From positions 4,793-68,792 of the forward strand of contig DASVWS010000116.1 of NCBI GenBank assembly GCA_036393095.1: 64,000 nt of DNA. The letters run 5' to 3'. The stretch comes from Gemmatimonadaceae bacterium. GTDB taxonomy: Bacteria; Gemmatimonadota; Gemmatimonadetes; Gemmatimonadales; Gemmatimonadaceae. Positions 63,549 through 64,000 of this stretch are shown piece by piece. The position numbers and the translations under genes were made by a program. The notes below the pieces were generated by a model, which searched no databases, had not been told where the DNA came from, and saw nothing but the letters and a program-made list of their open reading frames with translations. Position 1 is the stretch's first letter. Every line of letters starts with the position of its first letter.

Positions 63549-63737
63549 TCAGAATCCGGTGCGGCGGAATGTGCGCGGACCGTCGCGCTTGCCGACGCTG
63601 CCCACGGTCCCCGTCAACTCGACCACCGACCCGTAGACGACGAGCGTCGGCGGATCGTACGGCGATCGGGCGTGCGGCGCCGCGTCCGGCGTGGCATTGC
63701 CACTGGGATGAGTGCGAATCTCGTCGCGCGCGTCCAT
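63549..63737 (-). CDS. Candidate lasso-peptide (RiPP) precursor, copy 1
   Basis: 62-aa ORF. Its leader contains Y-D-P-P-T-L-V-V-Y-G-S-V-V-E-L-T-G, matching YxxPxLx3Gx5Tx with exact spacing. The following core TVGSVGKRDGPRTFRRTGF has Asp at position 9. A paralogue sits 140 nt upstream. Confidence 0.55.
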   Translation of the reverse strand: MDARDEIRTHPSGNATPDAAPHARSPYDPPTLVVYGSVVELTGTVGSVGKRDGPRTFRRTGF

Positions 63738-63876
63738 GCCATGGTATTTACGGACTTGCGCGCCAGGGGGAAGGCTCGGGGAGCCGCGGCGAGAAGAATC
63801 TCATCACGCGCGCGGCACCGGTCTCACGTTCGTGCGGCGTGCGCCGGAAGGGCGGGGGCCCATCGGCCGCGCTTCG

Positions 63877-64000
63877 TCAGAATCCGGTGCGCCGCCGTCC
63901 GCCGCGGCCGCGGCTGTCGCGGCGCCCCCTCGTGCCGACCGTCTTCGTAATCTCGTCGATGCGGCCGTACGGGAGGAGCCGCGGCGGCGAGTACGGCAAA
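63877..64000 (-). CDS. Candidate lasso-peptide (RiPP) precursor, copy 2 (5' end outside window)
   Basis: This ORF is not in the ORF track. Hand translation of the minus strand from TGA 63877-63879 gives ...LPYSPPRLLPYGRIDEITKTVGTRGRRDSRGRGGRRRTGF*. It is open to the window edge and collinear with copy 1. Confidence 0.5.
   Translation of the reverse strand, partial: LPYSPPRLLPYGRIDEITKTVGTRGRRDSRGRGGRRRTGF

Noticed and set aside
63672-63950. 92-aa plus-strand ORF across the precursor region
   Set aside because: It is Arg-rich, antisense to the two conserved precursor ORFs and their spacer, with no motif. The paralogue conservation pattern supports the minus strand.

Overview
This is a very GC-rich (roughly 70%), densely coding chromosomal segment. 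I support about 57 protein-coding genes on both strands. I saw no rRNA, tRNA, CRISPR array, transposase or integrase by eye. Most content is housekeeping or envelope-related:
- Acyl-CoA oxidation with its electron sink: gcdH-like dehydrogenase, etfBA and a membrane EtfD-like Fe-S oxidoreductase.
- A lone type IV pilin.
- A mixed minus-strand operon (gpmI, OMP, queD, mobA, dacB, moeA).
- guaB, nrnA and apbC.
- A late-step futalosine-type menaquinone cluster (ubiE/menG, UbiD-like, UbiA-like, ubiX).
- hsp20, mutM, purD, glmM and glmS.
- Several signalling proteins: MCP, REC-HD-GYP, hybrid HK, and a PAS-HK with a LuxR-type RR.
- A HlyD/ABC/ABC-2/TetR efflux operon and an orphan duplicated FtsX (ADOP-type) permease.

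The most interesting signal is at the right edge (63549..64000, minus strand). Two tandem paralogous small ORFs there carry a leader matching the lasso-peptide recognition motif (YxxPxLx3Gx5Tx), followed by extremely Arg-rich cores with a ring-competent Asp. The second copy is absent from the ORF track and runs off the window, and no maturation genes are visible.

Other items worth a look:
- An ECF sigma / anti-sigma / bactofilin-like membrane protein / toastrack-like module.
- A heptad-built palindrome between gcdH and etfB.
- RGG-rich inserts inside a secreted M14-like peptidase.
- A degenerate AMP-ligase-like gene coupled to an MCP.

All product calls come from motif recognition only; no database search was possible. 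Start codons are often uncertain, and motif coordinates may be off by 1-2 nt. The gene content is reminiscent of Gemmatimonadota/Acidobacteriota, but that is unverified.
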